Assembly: GCA_038321985.1 (NCBI GenBank)
Contig: JBBQFN010000032.1
Location: forward strand, 1-60,706
Direction of reading: 5' to 3'
DNA: 60,706 nucleotides
Origin: Cyanophyceae cyanobacterium
GTDB taxonomy: Bacteria > Cyanobacteriota > Cyanobacteriia > Cyanobacteriales > Laspinemataceae
Program-made: the position numbers and the translations under genes
Shown: one piece after another, positions 9,767 through 19,415 of the stretch
Numbering within the stretch: the stretch's first letter is position 1
How the letters are laid out: each line of letters begins with the position of its first letter
Notes under the pieces: model-generated
What the model was told of the DNA's origin: nothing
Databases searched by the model: none
Seen by the model: only the letters and a program-made list of their open reading frames with translations

Positions 9767-11131
9767 TTACCCAACCGTAAAGAAATCCTGCTGATTAATA
9801 GCAGAAACCTCTACACCATTGAGAATAGCTAGTAAATCATTTCCGGCATAAATTAAAGTGCCACTGTTCCCTTGAGTTAGAGTGAGATTATCAACGGTTA
9901 ATCCTGGGGCTAACCCGATTAAATCCTCGGTCGCCGTAAAGTCAACAATTAAATCAACTCCAGCATCTTTTCGGATCACAAATCGGTCTTGTCCTACCCC
10001 ACCAACCAGGGTATCATCTCCTAAATCTCCAAACAACCAGTCATCACCATTACCGCCGGTGAGGATATCATTATCCTTGCCACCATAAATTACATCATCC
10101 CCATCGCCACCATCCAGAGTATCATCCCCTTGGTTGCCATAGATGAAGTCATTGATACTCAACCCGGTTTCCACACTGGCAGTCCCGTCCGAGGCAACCA
10201 GTTTAATTGTGAGATTTCTGATCGCATCCTCAGTGGGCAATCCGCTAAATGTGCCGGTAATCGGCTCAAACTGTAACCAATCCGGTAACGGCTCACCATT
10301 AGCTAAAATTGCGCTGTAAGTGAGAGAATCTCCATCCGGGTCGATAAAAGCATCATCAGGAAGGGTAAAGTTAAAGGGTTGAAACGCTATGACATTGAAA
10401 GAAGAAATGGCATTTTCCACCAGAGGTGCAGCATTAGGCGTTTCGGCAGGGGGTTCTTCTTCTGGAGGCGTTGATGTTTCACTTACGGTTAAAGTAAAGG
10501 TATCGCTGACAGAAAGACTACCATCGGATGCCGTTATTTTAAGAGTGATATTGCTCAGATTGTTGGCTGTTGGCGTACCACTGAAGGTATTGGTTGGGGC
10601 ATCGAAGGATAACCAGGAAGGTAAGGGCGAACCGTCTTCTAATGTAGCACTGTAGGTTAAGGGGTTGCCATTAGCATCGCTAAACGTGCTACTGGGAATC
10701 GTCAAGTTAAACGATTCCGTAGCTGTGGCAGAAGCATCCGAGATCGCCTGACTAACAACCCGCGCAGTATTGGGTAGATCACTCACAGCTAAGGCAAAGA
10801 TATCGCTAACTGAGAGACTGCCATCGGATGCGGTTATTTTAACATTGAAACTGCCGAGATTGTTAAGGGTTGGTGTCCCGATGAAACTACCCGTTGTGGT
10901 GTCAAAGGATAACCAGGAGGGTAACGGCGAACCATCTTCTAATGTGGCACTGTCGGTTAAGGGATTGCCCTCTGCATCGCTAAACGTATTCTTGGGAATG
11001 ACGAAGTTAAACGGCGATGCAACGTTTGCAGTAACATCTGCGATCGCATTACTAACAACCGGCGCAGTATTCGGCGCATCACTCACAGCTAAGGCAAAAA
11101 TATCGCTGTAGGTGAAAATAAATAATTGCAC
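9767..11131 (-). CDS. Cadherin-like (He_PIG/dystroglycan-type) repeats plus RTX Ca-binding tail; probably 5'-truncated
   Basis: Three NxAP...LPSWLSFD...FSGTP domains (two are close 300-bp DNA repeats) and GGxGxDxL nonapeptides. The ORF begins inside a repeat's last strand. Confidence 0.8.
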   Translation of the reverse strand: MQLFIFTYSDIFALAVSDAPNTAPVVSNAIADVTANVASPFNFVIPKNTFSDAEGNPLTDSATLEDGSPLPSWLSFDTTTGSFIGTPTLNNLGSFNVKITASDGSLSVSDIFALAVSDLPNTARVVSQAISDASATATESFNLTIPSSTFSDANGNPLTYSATLEDGSPLPSWLSFDAPTNTFSGTPTANNLSNITLKITASDGSLSVSDTFTLTVSETSTPPEEEPPAETPNAAPLVENAISSFNVIAFQPFNFTLPDDAFIDPDGDSLTYSAILANGEPLPDWLQFEPITGTFSGLPTEDAIRNLTIKLVASDGTASVETGLSINDFIYGNQGDDTLDGGDGDDVIYGGKDNDILTGGNGDDWLFGDLGDDTLVGGVGQDRFVIRKDAGVDLIVDFTATEDLIGLAPGLTVDNLTLTQGNSGTLIYAGNDLLAILNGVEVSAINQQDFFTVG

Positions 11132-11231
11132 AGAGGCACTCCTTAACTATGGCTGTGCAATTTATTCTGCATGATTGCTTACCCTTGCTCCCTTGCCTCT
11201 AAGAGGCCCTCCAGGAAATCTTCCCGATTGC

Positions 11232-11624
11232 TCAAGCAATTTGATAAATATAAGCGTCGTCAACCCACATCCGGTTAGACAACAGATTGTTAGTCATTCT
11301 TCTCCCGGATAAATTAAAATCTCCCTCTTTTTGCAACTGACGTAATGCTTTAATTAATTCAGGGTTAGGGCTGACAGCTACCAGCCCAGTCCAATCCATT
11401 TTTAATTCGGGTTCTACCTGTCTAAATACTGTCATGATTTCCTTATAGGTGTGTAGGGTTCCTTTTTGATCACATAGGGGAGAAGTGAGCATGAGCTGCC
11501 AAGTTTCTCTTTCGGAAGAATAGATCCACAGCGATGAATCAACTGATAGACCGGCTGCATTCAAGGCGTCAATGAGTCTTTTTCCTTCTTCTATTTCTTG
11601 ATTTACCAATGTTGCTGTAGCCAT
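11232..11624 (-). CDS. Conserved hypothetical protein (type usually paired with an upstream HEPN-like gene)
   Basis: 130-aa ORF with GGAG RBS; EEGKRLIDAL...SLWIYSSERETWQLML...DDAYIY. Confidence 0.75.
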   Translation of the reverse strand: MATATLVNQEIEEGKRLIDALNAAGLSVDSSLWIYSSERETWQLMLTSPLCDQKGTLHTYKEIMTVFRQVEPELKMDWTGLVAVSPNPELIKALRQLQKEGDFNLSGRRMTNNLLSNRMWVDDAYIYQIA

Positions 11625-11713
11625 TGTAAAACTCCTTGATTAGGGTCTGTAATTGATTGGTAAATTTCGATGGCTTTTTGTTTGCTATGTTTTTGGTAAC
11701 GACTTTCTTCCGT
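11603..11713 (-). pseudogene. 3' remnant of a HEPN-like gene
   Basis: Hand translation TEESRYQKHSKQKAIEIYQSITDPNQGVLQWLQQHW*, overlapping the start of 11232-11624; no intact 5' part recognisable. Confidence 0.6.
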
Positions 11714-11822
11714 CTGTTGAATATTCTTAGCCCTAAACTTTTCACGGCTTGGGCTGTGAAATCTGTTGTTTTCTATGGCCTCTACTCAAACCTGAGCAAA
11801 AAAACTGTGAAACCCGATTCCT

Positions 11823-12461
11823 TTGAACGGATTGTACCCCGTGATTTTGATGGGAGTATTACCACGGAAGATACTTTCGGGAAGATGATGCAGGAGTTCC
11901 CTCCGACACTAGCGCGAGAACTGCTGCCAGAAATATATGCATTACGTTTAACCCGGCGCGATGGAGTGCGATAGACCCTGGAATCGATTCGCACGGCCCG
12001 ATATCCCGATATTTTGGCGTTTATGGAGGGGGAACCGATTCGACCCGGGTTTGTTGGAGTTTCTAGATTTTTTGGAAACCCAAGGGGTGCCGATCGGCAT
12101 TGTTTCTGGGGGGTTGCGGGGAATGGTGCAGACGGTGTTAGGGGATTTGAAACACCGGGTTTTGGCGATTCTTCATGCGATTGAGGTGGATCTCGGTGCA
12201 GAGTATCAGCGGGTGCATTCCGACTTTGAAGCGGGGACGGAATTGGTGAATAAGGTTGAGGTGATGAGGCGGCATTCGGCAGGGGAAACGGTGGTGAGCG
12301 GGGATTTGGTGAGGGATTTGAATTTGGGGATGCAGGCGCAGGTGGTGTTTGCTCGCGATCGCCTGGCTAAGTATCTAGCCGAACGTCAACAACCGTATTT
12401 GGAGGGGCATGATTTTTTTGACCTGCGAGACTCTCTTGCTCGCCGGTGGAATTCTGTCTAA
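11823..12461 (+). pseudogene. Degraded HAD-IB phosphatase, MtnX-like (methionine salvage)
   Basis: RIVPRDFDGSITTEDTF (HAD motif I) ends at TAG 11972-11974; IVSGG, ELVNK and GD..D..AQVVFARDRL continue in another frame. Confidence 0.8.
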
Positions 12462-12487
12462 GTGACCTCTGAAGGGTGTACCAATCA

Positions 12488-12533
12488 TAAAGCGTGACCA
12501 ATGTGAGGATTTAGCACAGGGGTCACGCTTTAT
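12488..12533. terminator. Bidirectional hairpin between convergent genes
   Basis: ATAAAGCGTGACC ... GGTCACGCTTTAT. Confidence 0.6.
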
Positions 12534-12548
12534 TTTTACCAGTATTTT

Positions 12549-13022
12549 TTAGTTGTAACAACGAGATTTGCTTGCTCTACGTTTGGTTTCTTCGTGCCAG
12601 TAAGCTGTGAGAATTTTAGGATTGGGGGGGCCGATTAGGCAGACGACTCGCAGACCCCGGAGAACGTCAATGAATTTAGCATAAGGACTTTTTTCCAAGC
12701 TACGGTCATTCAAGGTATAAACGAGGGCACCTCGGCTGAATGTCTTTTTGCCGTAAGTTAAAGCCACGGTGATCATGGCATTGCTGATGGCTCGTTGCTG
12801 CTGTCTGCGTTCTAAATGATTCAGGTCCTTTCGACGATGTACGGCCTCCAATAGCCCGATCGCGTCAGTATTAGAATCACGTTCAATCATCTGGGTGAGC
12901 TTTCTATTCGCATCCATTGATACCACTCCTGGGAATAATTTACCTGAATTGTGTTCGCCAATAAGTTGAGTTTCATGCACATAAAAAAAGTGAGTGTAAC
13001 GCGAATTGAACTTGAGATACAA
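12549..13022 (-). CDS. DUF4258-like small protein; start likely MDANRK (~12917)
   Basis: HLERRQQQRAI...ALTYG...LRVV...ILTAYW pattern. Confidence 0.6.
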   Translation of the reverse strand: MYLKFNSRYTHFFYVHETQLIGEHNSGKLFPGVVSMDANRKLTQMIERDSNTDAIGLLEAVHRRKDLNHLERRQQQRAISNAMITVALTYGKKTFSRGALVYTLNDRSLEKSPYAKFIDVLRGLRVVCLIGPPNPKILTAYWHEETKRRASKSRCYN

Positions 13023-13772
13023 AGTTCAATCAGAACAATTTAGGGAAAACTGGGTTTGGATTTGGGTCGAACTCAACCTGTAATTAGGTTAAGGGGGCCC
13101 CAGCCATTTCCGAAAATTCTGGTGAAACAAGGTGCGATCGCCAATCGTAGATACCCATTTATTGACCTAGGAAACGTTCACCAGCAACTTTTTCCTAAAA
13201 TCATCCCTATTCCAAGAATGCCCTGGAGTTTTAACCTAATCGCAAATTAAGTCAAAATTCGTTGCAATTCTTAAAAAACCTGATGCATATTTACGATAAA
13301 TCCGCAGAGGGTAACTGTCTTGAAATTGACAAAGTGCGTTCGAGAGTGAACGGACTCTTAGCGATTTCCCTTGTCGGTTATGCTTTTTATCGTAAGCAAC
13401 CTGAACTTAACTCCCTTTGTTACTAGGGACGGTTTGTTAATCGGCATAGACGCAGGGGGATGTTAAGAGGTTGCAACTCGATGATTCAAACCCCCTATTG
13501 GGACGATGAAGGGTTGCGGGGTAAATGAATTCAGGCGATCGCCTTAGATTATGCCGTTTCCAGAAGTGGTTGATCCCCCGGGTTATTGCGGTGCTATCCA
13601 GGGACAGTCGATAGGAAAGAGTCGTCCCCAGTCTGGGGCCTCACAATTCACCCAAGATTTTTTAATCCCCCAAAAATTAACCTCCCCCTAAAAAAGGGGA
13701 GGCTGGGAAAACTCAAGGATTAAAGTCGGCAACGTTCCAGGACCGCTACCCCTTACGACCGGATTTCATCAC

Positions 13773-15878
13773 CTAAGCTGCATGATAAGGAGAAGTCAGC
13801 AGATCTAAATGCTTGGTTAGCAAGCTCAAGAACAGCCCGACATCCGTTACCACTCCCGTTGATTCAATGGAACCGCGATCGCTGAGTTTGGTGACCACTG
13901 CGGGGTTAATATCCACACAGACCATCTTCACCCCGGAAGGCGTCATGTTACCCACTCCGATCGAGTGCAGCATGGTAGATAACATTAAAATCATCTCAGC
14001 CCCCTCCAGCAATCGCGCATACTCTTCCTGCGCCTTGATTAAATCCATTTGGGTATCTGGCAAAGGTCCATCATCTCGAATTGAACCGGCTAGGGCAAAT
14101 GGTACATTGTGCTTGACACATTCATAAAAGATACCGCTCTTGAGCGCACCTTGTTCCACCGCTGTCGCAATACTTCCATAGCGGCGAATGGTGTTAATCG
14201 TTTTCAAGTGATGGCGATGTCCGCCACGGACTGCGACACCCCGTTTCATGTCCACCCCGAGAGAGGTTCCCATAAACGATTGTTCCATATCGTGAACGGC
14301 GATCGCATTGCCACCGAGTAACGCCTGCACATACCCTTCCCGAATCAATCGAGTCAGATGTTCGCCACCGCCCGTATGAATCACCACGGGTCCGGCAGTT
14401 ACGACAACTTTACCACCGCGATCGCGAATTCGCCGCAATTCCCAGGCGACTTGTTCCACCACCAATTCTACCCGGCGCTCACTAGAGACTCCCGACGACA
14501 TAAAGCCGAATTCCTGGCTGTTGCGTTGGTCCCTCGCTTCCGTCTTCCGCACGGTACGGATTCCAGCTACATCCACCACCACCGACTCCCCGAGTTCCAA
14601 ATCACGCAGGAGTTTGCATCGCGCAACCGGCCCTGCTGGGGTTTGGACGACTGCGATCGCCCCATCCATGCGATGATTGAGTATGGGAATCCACTCACCC
14701 TTGATCCTGACTTCCGTCGGATAAATCGTAGTTACATAGAAGTCATCGGGAGCTACCCCTTTTTGTTGCACAGGTTCGATTTTGGCATCCCGCTCATCTT
14801 GTGGCAAGTCCACCGCACCCAGATCGATCAACAGGGCTAAGATCTCTTCCATGACTTGATGAGAAGGAGCCGACACCTTGACCTCAGCCGTGGAGGTACT
14901 CTGGCGTTGTTCTCCTAGATTAAAATTCAACACCTGGAAACTGCCGCCACCTTCAACAATGGTATCTAGCACCCGGTTGATCAACCCGGTATCCAGCAGA
15001 TGTCCTTCTAAACGAATCGTGCGACTTTCCACGGGTTCGTTAGCATGGATGTTCTCCATGACAGGTTCGGTGGTTCGTAAGGTCAGACATTTGGCCGCTC
15101 CCCCTGCCTTAAGGAATTCGCTCAGGGTGGTTTCAAATACCTCAAACCCTACATCTTTGAGGCGTTGTTTTAGGTCCTCGCTAACCTTGTTCATAATTAC
15201 TTTGTCCTCAACATTGACCGCATTGCAGGCAAAGTTTACGGCGTCTGCTTCTCCAATGGCAATCCGCTTTTCAGGGGGAACGCGCAGTTCGATGATCCGA
15301 TTGGAGTAGAAGTCAAAAGCCGGGGGGTAATAAAGTAAGTAGCCGCGATTTAGGGGACAAAAGCAGGTATCTAGGTGATAGAACCGTTCATCGGCTAACT
15401 GGAGGGAGATAACTTGGATATCTAACCACTTGGCTATATATGAGTGAGAGTCGAGTTCAGAACGGAAACCATAGCCCGCCCAAAGCCAACGCCCTTCGCG
15501 ATCAAACAGTGCATCCCCGGCCCCTTCAAAGGGTAAATCTTTCGGGAGTTCATAAACGGTGTAACCTTGGGCTTCAAACCACTGTTTGAAATAGGGTTCT
15601 TCCCCTTGGCGTTCTTTGTGGAAGAAGCGACTCAGAACAACTTTTTTGCCCAAAACTAACCCGGCGTTGGCAGTAAAGACCATATCGGGCCAACCGGGTT
15701 GGGGATCGACAAGTTCAACCAGGGCGTGTTCCTTGAGAATATGAAATAGTTTGTGCCACTGTTCCGTGGCCCGATCGCGGGAGGATTTGTGGATGTTACC
15801 CTCCATCCAGGGATTAATTACATAATCCACGTCGTAGTGGTCGGGGGGGCACATCAGGATACGAGTCTCAGAATTCAT
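13773..15878 (-). CDS. argZ: Arginine dihydrolase / ornithine cyclodeaminase fusion (ArgZ/AgrE)
   Basis: Amidinotransferase domain (INPWM, DMVFTANAG, FEGAGD, YHLDTCF, GGAAKCL) plus C-terminal TIGR00300 region (AGSIRDDGPLP, KLSDRGS); 701 aa. Confidence 0.93.
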   Translation of the reverse strand: MNSETRILMCPPDHYDVDYVINPWMEGNIHKSSRDRATEQWHKLFHILKEHALVELVDPQPGWPDMVFTANAGLVLGKKVVLSRFFHKERQGEEPYFKQWFEAQGYTVYELPKDLPFEGAGDALFDREGRWLWAGYGFRSELDSHSYIAKWLDIQVISLQLADERFYHLDTCFCPLNRGYLLYYPPAFDFYSNRIIELRVPPEKRIAIGEADAVNFACNAVNVEDKVIMNKVSEDLKQRLKDVGFEVFETTLSEFLKAGGAAKCLTLRTTEPVMENIHANEPVESRTIRLEGHLLDTGLINRVLDTIVEGGGSFQVLNFNLGEQRQSTSTAEVKVSAPSHQVMEEILALLIDLGAVDLPQDERDAKIEPVQQKGVAPDDFYVTTIYPTEVRIKGEWIPILNHRMDGAIAVVQTPAGPVARCKLLRDLELGESVVVDVAGIRTVRKTEARDQRNSQEFGFMSSGVSSERRVELVVEQVAWELRRIRDRGGKVVVTAGPVVIHTGGGEHLTRLIREGYVQALLGGNAIAVHDMEQSFMGTSLGVDMKRGVAVRGGHRHHLKTINTIRRYGSIATAVEQGALKSGIFYECVKHNVPFALAGSIRDDGPLPDTQMDLIKAQEEYARLLEGAEMILMLSTMLHSIGVGNMTPSGVKMVCVDINPAVVTKLSDRGSIESTGVVTDVGLFLSLLTKHLDLLTSPYHAA

Positions 15879-15895
15879 AATTTGCGTTATATTTG

Positions 15896-15909
15896 GTAAG
15901 TAATGTTAC
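15896..15909. promoter_or_regulatory. Putative NtcA box upstream of argZ
   Basis: GTA-AGTAATGT-TAC (GTA-N8-TAC; TGTAAC on the minus strand), 18-31 bp before the ATG. Confidence 0.45.
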
Positions 15910-16325
15910 AGAGTTTGGAGTCCATGATTTCTGTAGCAGCAAGACAAAACGACTCCTTTTTAGGTAAAAAAGGAGGTTTTTTCAGAACCCATTCGTCTGA
16001 GCTATGTCCCAACAGCCAATTCTTTATCTTATCACAAGATAGTAATAAGTTTTTGAGGTAAAGAATAATACTTACTTTTAACGGGAAGATTGACTCGAAG
16101 TTGGAGTGAAGCGGAAAGATTGTAGGGTCGAGTCTTTTGTTAAAGGTTTGTTAAATGAAGGGAGAAAAACTTAAAGGGGGTGGAATTGATCGCCAGACTG
16201 GAGGGAGACTGTCTACCCGGGATGTTATCAAAGCTAATCCCCTGATAGTAGCGCGCGATTGTGGCGACTGCGCCGGAAGTCTGGGCAACGCCAGCACTTG
16301 TTTCGGAACGCCTGATTGAGTTGAG

Positions 16326-16380
16326 AAAAAAAAACCCCTAGCCGAAGCTAGAGGGTTCATCAATCAGGGTGCATCTATAT
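16326..16380 (-). ncRNA. NsiR1-like sRNA, copy 1
   Basis: TAGATGCACCCTGATTGA...CTAGC-TTCG-GCTAGGGG-polyT terminator; TCCGGA at 16408-16413. Confidence 0.7.
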
Positions 16381-16407
16381 TACTGAATTCTAGTTATAGA
16401 GAGTTTC

Positions 16408-16413
16408 TCCGGA
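16408..16413 (-). promoter_or_regulatory. DIF1-like -35 motif TCCGGA
   Basis: Followed on the minus strand by TAGAAT. An equivalent hexamer (TCCGGG on the + strand) at 16668-16673 sits at the same offset from copy 2. Confidence 0.55.
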
Positions 16414-16584
16414 AAATATTGCAACTTTTTTTAAATAGGGGTAAGTAGTCGGGTGAACTGAAGCCAGTCGCCTAAAAACTGCATTTCTGGTTTTTCACAA
16501 AACCGGGTGACTGGCCTTTAAAACGGTTTATTTATAAGACTTTTACAGCTTAAAATCTAACCGGGATTTTCCCAAGTCTGAAGG

Positions 16585-16640
16585 AAAAAAAATCCCCTAG
16601 CCAGAAGCTAGGGGGACTCTCAATCAGGGTGCATCTAATT
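16585..16640 (-). ncRNA. NsiR1-like sRNA, copy 2
   Basis: TAGATGCACCCTGATTGA...CCCCTAGC-TTCTG-GCTAGGGG-A-polyT. Confidence 0.7.
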
Positions 16641-16854
16641 CGTTATTTCCCCCCGGGACCGTAGGCATCCGGGAAAGAGTTAAAAATAGACCCTTGGCAT
16701 CATTCCCGAACTTCTCCGGTGTTCAAGGGGCTGGGGGACCTCTTGGTAATTCTGCTCCCTTGTTCCAGAATTACCGATCAAGGGGCGGACAAGGAGAAGG
16801 GTTTTTGGGGGAGGCGATCGCACTGCGGCTTGAAATTTCTGGGATTTATCCCCC

Positions 16855-16883
16855 TTGACAGCACCTTGGGATTGGGGTATCTT
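16855..16883 (+). promoter_or_regulatory. Sigma70-type promoter
   Basis: TTGACA-N17-TATCTT. Confidence 0.5.
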
Positions 16884-17994
16884 GTGTCTTTAGCGTGCAA
16901 TCATCTCAGTAGAATCAACCAAAAATCGCGACTTATCGCGAGTAAGTGCCTACATCTACACCCGCAGGTCATGGACTGAGTAAATGTCCGGCGTGGATGG
17001 CACAGGGAAGGCTTAATGCATCTACAAAATTAGGGAATTGAACTGACTTAAGACGGCGACAAGCTATGGATTTTGAGGTTCTACGCTCTGGAGAACGAAA
17101 TGTTCGATGAATTTTGGCACAAGTTTGATCCAGGGTGGGATTTTTTAAGTGTCTCCTAAATCTCCAAGCGGAATTCGTTTGGGTAGGCTCATTCCCACAG
17201 CGATCACCCGTCTTAAGGTCCAGTACCGAAGACTGAGATAGAAAAAAATTAAGGCGAGTTCCCGAACACATTAATCGATGTGGGCGCGATCGCCTCGGGG
17301 TTGCATTTGCACAAATACATTGAGAGTGGAGGCAGAATTTATCAAGCAAATGCTGATGATTCCGTTTATTGTGCAAAATCTGGATGCGATCGGCCAAACC
17401 GTTGGATCGATTGATCGATTAGTGATATCAAGTCTGTTGGCATCAGTACGGGCGATCGGCAAGAGGGAACTAAATCCCTGGATGTCTAGTATTGAACGGA
17501 CGGATGGGGACAGACCGAATCTGACCTGTAGTGAGTCATTTCCTGGCGTAAATCCCGGGATCCATTGTGAGTACGGGAGTGTTTCTCAAAGTTCGGCGAT
17601 CCGGATTCAGGTGAAACTGAACCGAATATATATCTCAGTTGCACCCTGGCTTCCTCCTAGTCTTTGGGCTAGGGGGATTTTTATGTATTTTCCGCCCCCT
17701 CAATCGGCATACCCGGGCCCAACCCCATCTTTTGCCACTTCTTTGTATTTACCCCATAGTACAAGCAGGAAGCCTCAACAGTCTGGCGATCGCCCAAGCC
17801 AGCGGAGGTTTTTCCGCTCCAGTTTCGCCAACTTCCCCTGAATAAAGTTCAAGAATGGGTTGTCGGAGAAATCTAAAAAGCTCACACCGAAGCAGGAAAG
17901 TTTTTTCCTTATTTAAGGAAAAATTTAGGAGAATATAAATTTTCTTGATGGCCCGAAAAAACTGCTGTTTCTCCTCTAAAGTCGCGAATAGCGA

Positions 17995-18011
17995 TAGGGG
18001 TTAAACCCTCT
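17995..18011. promoter_or_regulatory. HetR-like box upstream of the pentapeptide gene
   Basis: AGGGGTTAAACCCTC contains GGGT-N3-ACCC. Confidence 0.4.
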
Positions 18012-18214
18012 AAAATAAAGGATTTTCCGGCTTGCACACCGTTTAATCATGACCGACTTCAATTTTCCTGAACTCCACGAAATTTTCGTGTAAGTAACAG
18101 TGGTTTTTGGGGTCTTAACGGGGAGATTTATTTCCTTTTCAATCTAACGAAACATTATAGGCCCTAACGTCAGTATTCAAGAGCTTTAGGGATTACAAAT
18201 CAACAGGAAAAAAT

Positions 18215-19021
18215 ATGTCTGCAAATAACGCCCATATCAAACGCTTGTTAGCAACGAAACAATGTCAAGGTGGCGACCTCCGAGATGCCCACTTAACGCG
18301 GCTGAATCTCACGGGTGCCGACTTGAGCGGTGCAAAGTTGATGTTTGCCAACCTTAACGGAACCAATCTCAGTAGTGCCAATTTAAGTGGAGCGGAACTC
18401 AGTTTTGCAAATTTTGTGGCTGCGGATTTAATTCATAGCGACCTCAGTGGGGTTGATGCCAAAGGGGTCAATTTTTTAGATGCCAAGCTCAATCACGCCC
18501 AACTGGGAGGAGCGGATTTAGTCTTTGCCAATTTAGTCAACGCTAATTTAGAAGAAGCTAACCTCAGTGGCGCTTCTCTCGAAGGCGCTAATTTAATTGG
18601 TGCAAATCTCAATAGCACTCAGATGAATGGGGTTAACCTCTCCGGTGCTAATCTCGGCCATGCTCAAGTGCGAAATGCAAATTTATCCAATGCGGATTTA
18701 AGTAATGCCCGGTTAGTGGAAGCTGATCTCAGCGATGCCAACCTCTCTGGGGTGAATCTGAGAAACGCTAACTTATTAAATGCCAACCTTAATGGTGCAA
18801 ATCTCACCGGCGCAGATTTGACGGGAGCTAATCTGGCACAAGCAAAGCTCGACGGTGCGATCGGTCTGTACCAGGACAATCTAGGGGGAATGCGACCCAC
18901 CGAGCGCCCTCCGGCATCCCACAATCATCCGAATATGTCTTACGTCAGCGTTCTGCAAACCAATTCCCTGCACTCGTCATCCAATCATCTGGGTCTCCCT
19001 CGTCCGGGTTTGCCATCTTAA
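18215..19021 (+). CDS. Pentapeptide repeat protein with low-complexity C-terminal tail
   Basis: HIKRLLATKQCQGGDL cap followed by continuous pentapeptides; AGGA RBS. Confidence 0.93.
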   Translation: MSANNAHIKRLLATKQCQGGDLRDAHLTRLNLTGADLSGAKLMFANLNGTNLSSANLSGAELSFANFVAADLIHSDLSGVDAKGVNFLDAKLNHAQLGGADLVFANLVNANLEEANLSGASLEGANLIGANLNSTQMNGVNLSGANLGHAQVRNANLSNADLSNARLVEADLSDANLSGVNLRNANLLNANLNGANLTGADLTGANLAQAKLDGAIGLYQDNLGGMRPTERPPASHNHPNMSYVSVLQTNSLHSSSNHLGLPRPGLPS

Positions 19022-19031
19022 TGAAGGCAAG

Positions 19032-19070
19032 CAACAGTCTAGCCCAGTAAAAATACCGGGCTAGACTGTT
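19032..19070. terminator. Hairpin between the pentapeptide gene and patX
   Basis: AACAGTCTAGCCC...GGGCTAGACTGTT. Confidence 0.65.
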
Positions 19071-19238
19071 CCAATTTTCTCGCATTAGGATGAGGTGGCT
19101 GGAGATTTCCCTCTCTTAGAGCGATCGCCAAAACCAGGTTAGCCGTTTATTTTTTCCTAATCTGTATTGCCGTCGGTCTTTTCCATTCCGACAGATACAG
19201 TTTTTCATGGGTTTATTCAGTCTGATCGCGGGTTAACC

Positions 19239-19415
19239 CTACCGTCCACTCCCTCGATGGGGAGCCATTTCCTCAGACTCTAGCCTCGCTGATAGTACCT
19301 GTATGTTGAACTCGGAACGCGACAGCTGTAAACTGTGAGATTCACCGCCCGAGAAGTTTGCCGCCAAACCCAGTAAGAACAGGCTACAGAAAGTAATCGA
19401 AAAGTAGCTAAGCAT
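19239..19415 (-). CDS. patX: PatX, RGSGR-containing HetR-inhibitory peptide precursor
   Basis: Hydrophobic signal-like N-terminus (MLSYFSITFCSLFLLGLAAN) and C-terminal APHRGSGR*; alternative TTG start at 19421. Confidence 0.85.
   Translation of the reverse strand: MLSYFSITFCSLFLLGLAANFSGGESHSLQLSRSEFNIQVLSARLESEEMAPHRGSGR

Noticed and set aside
16440..16570. Third degenerate NsiR1-like copy midway between the two
   Set aside because: Only CGGGTGA fragments are present; no core or terminator stem.
16969..17841. 142-aa and 187-aa overlapping ORFs
   Set aside because: No recognisable motifs, and they overlap on opposite strands; only the 3' 52 codons are kept as a weak candidate.
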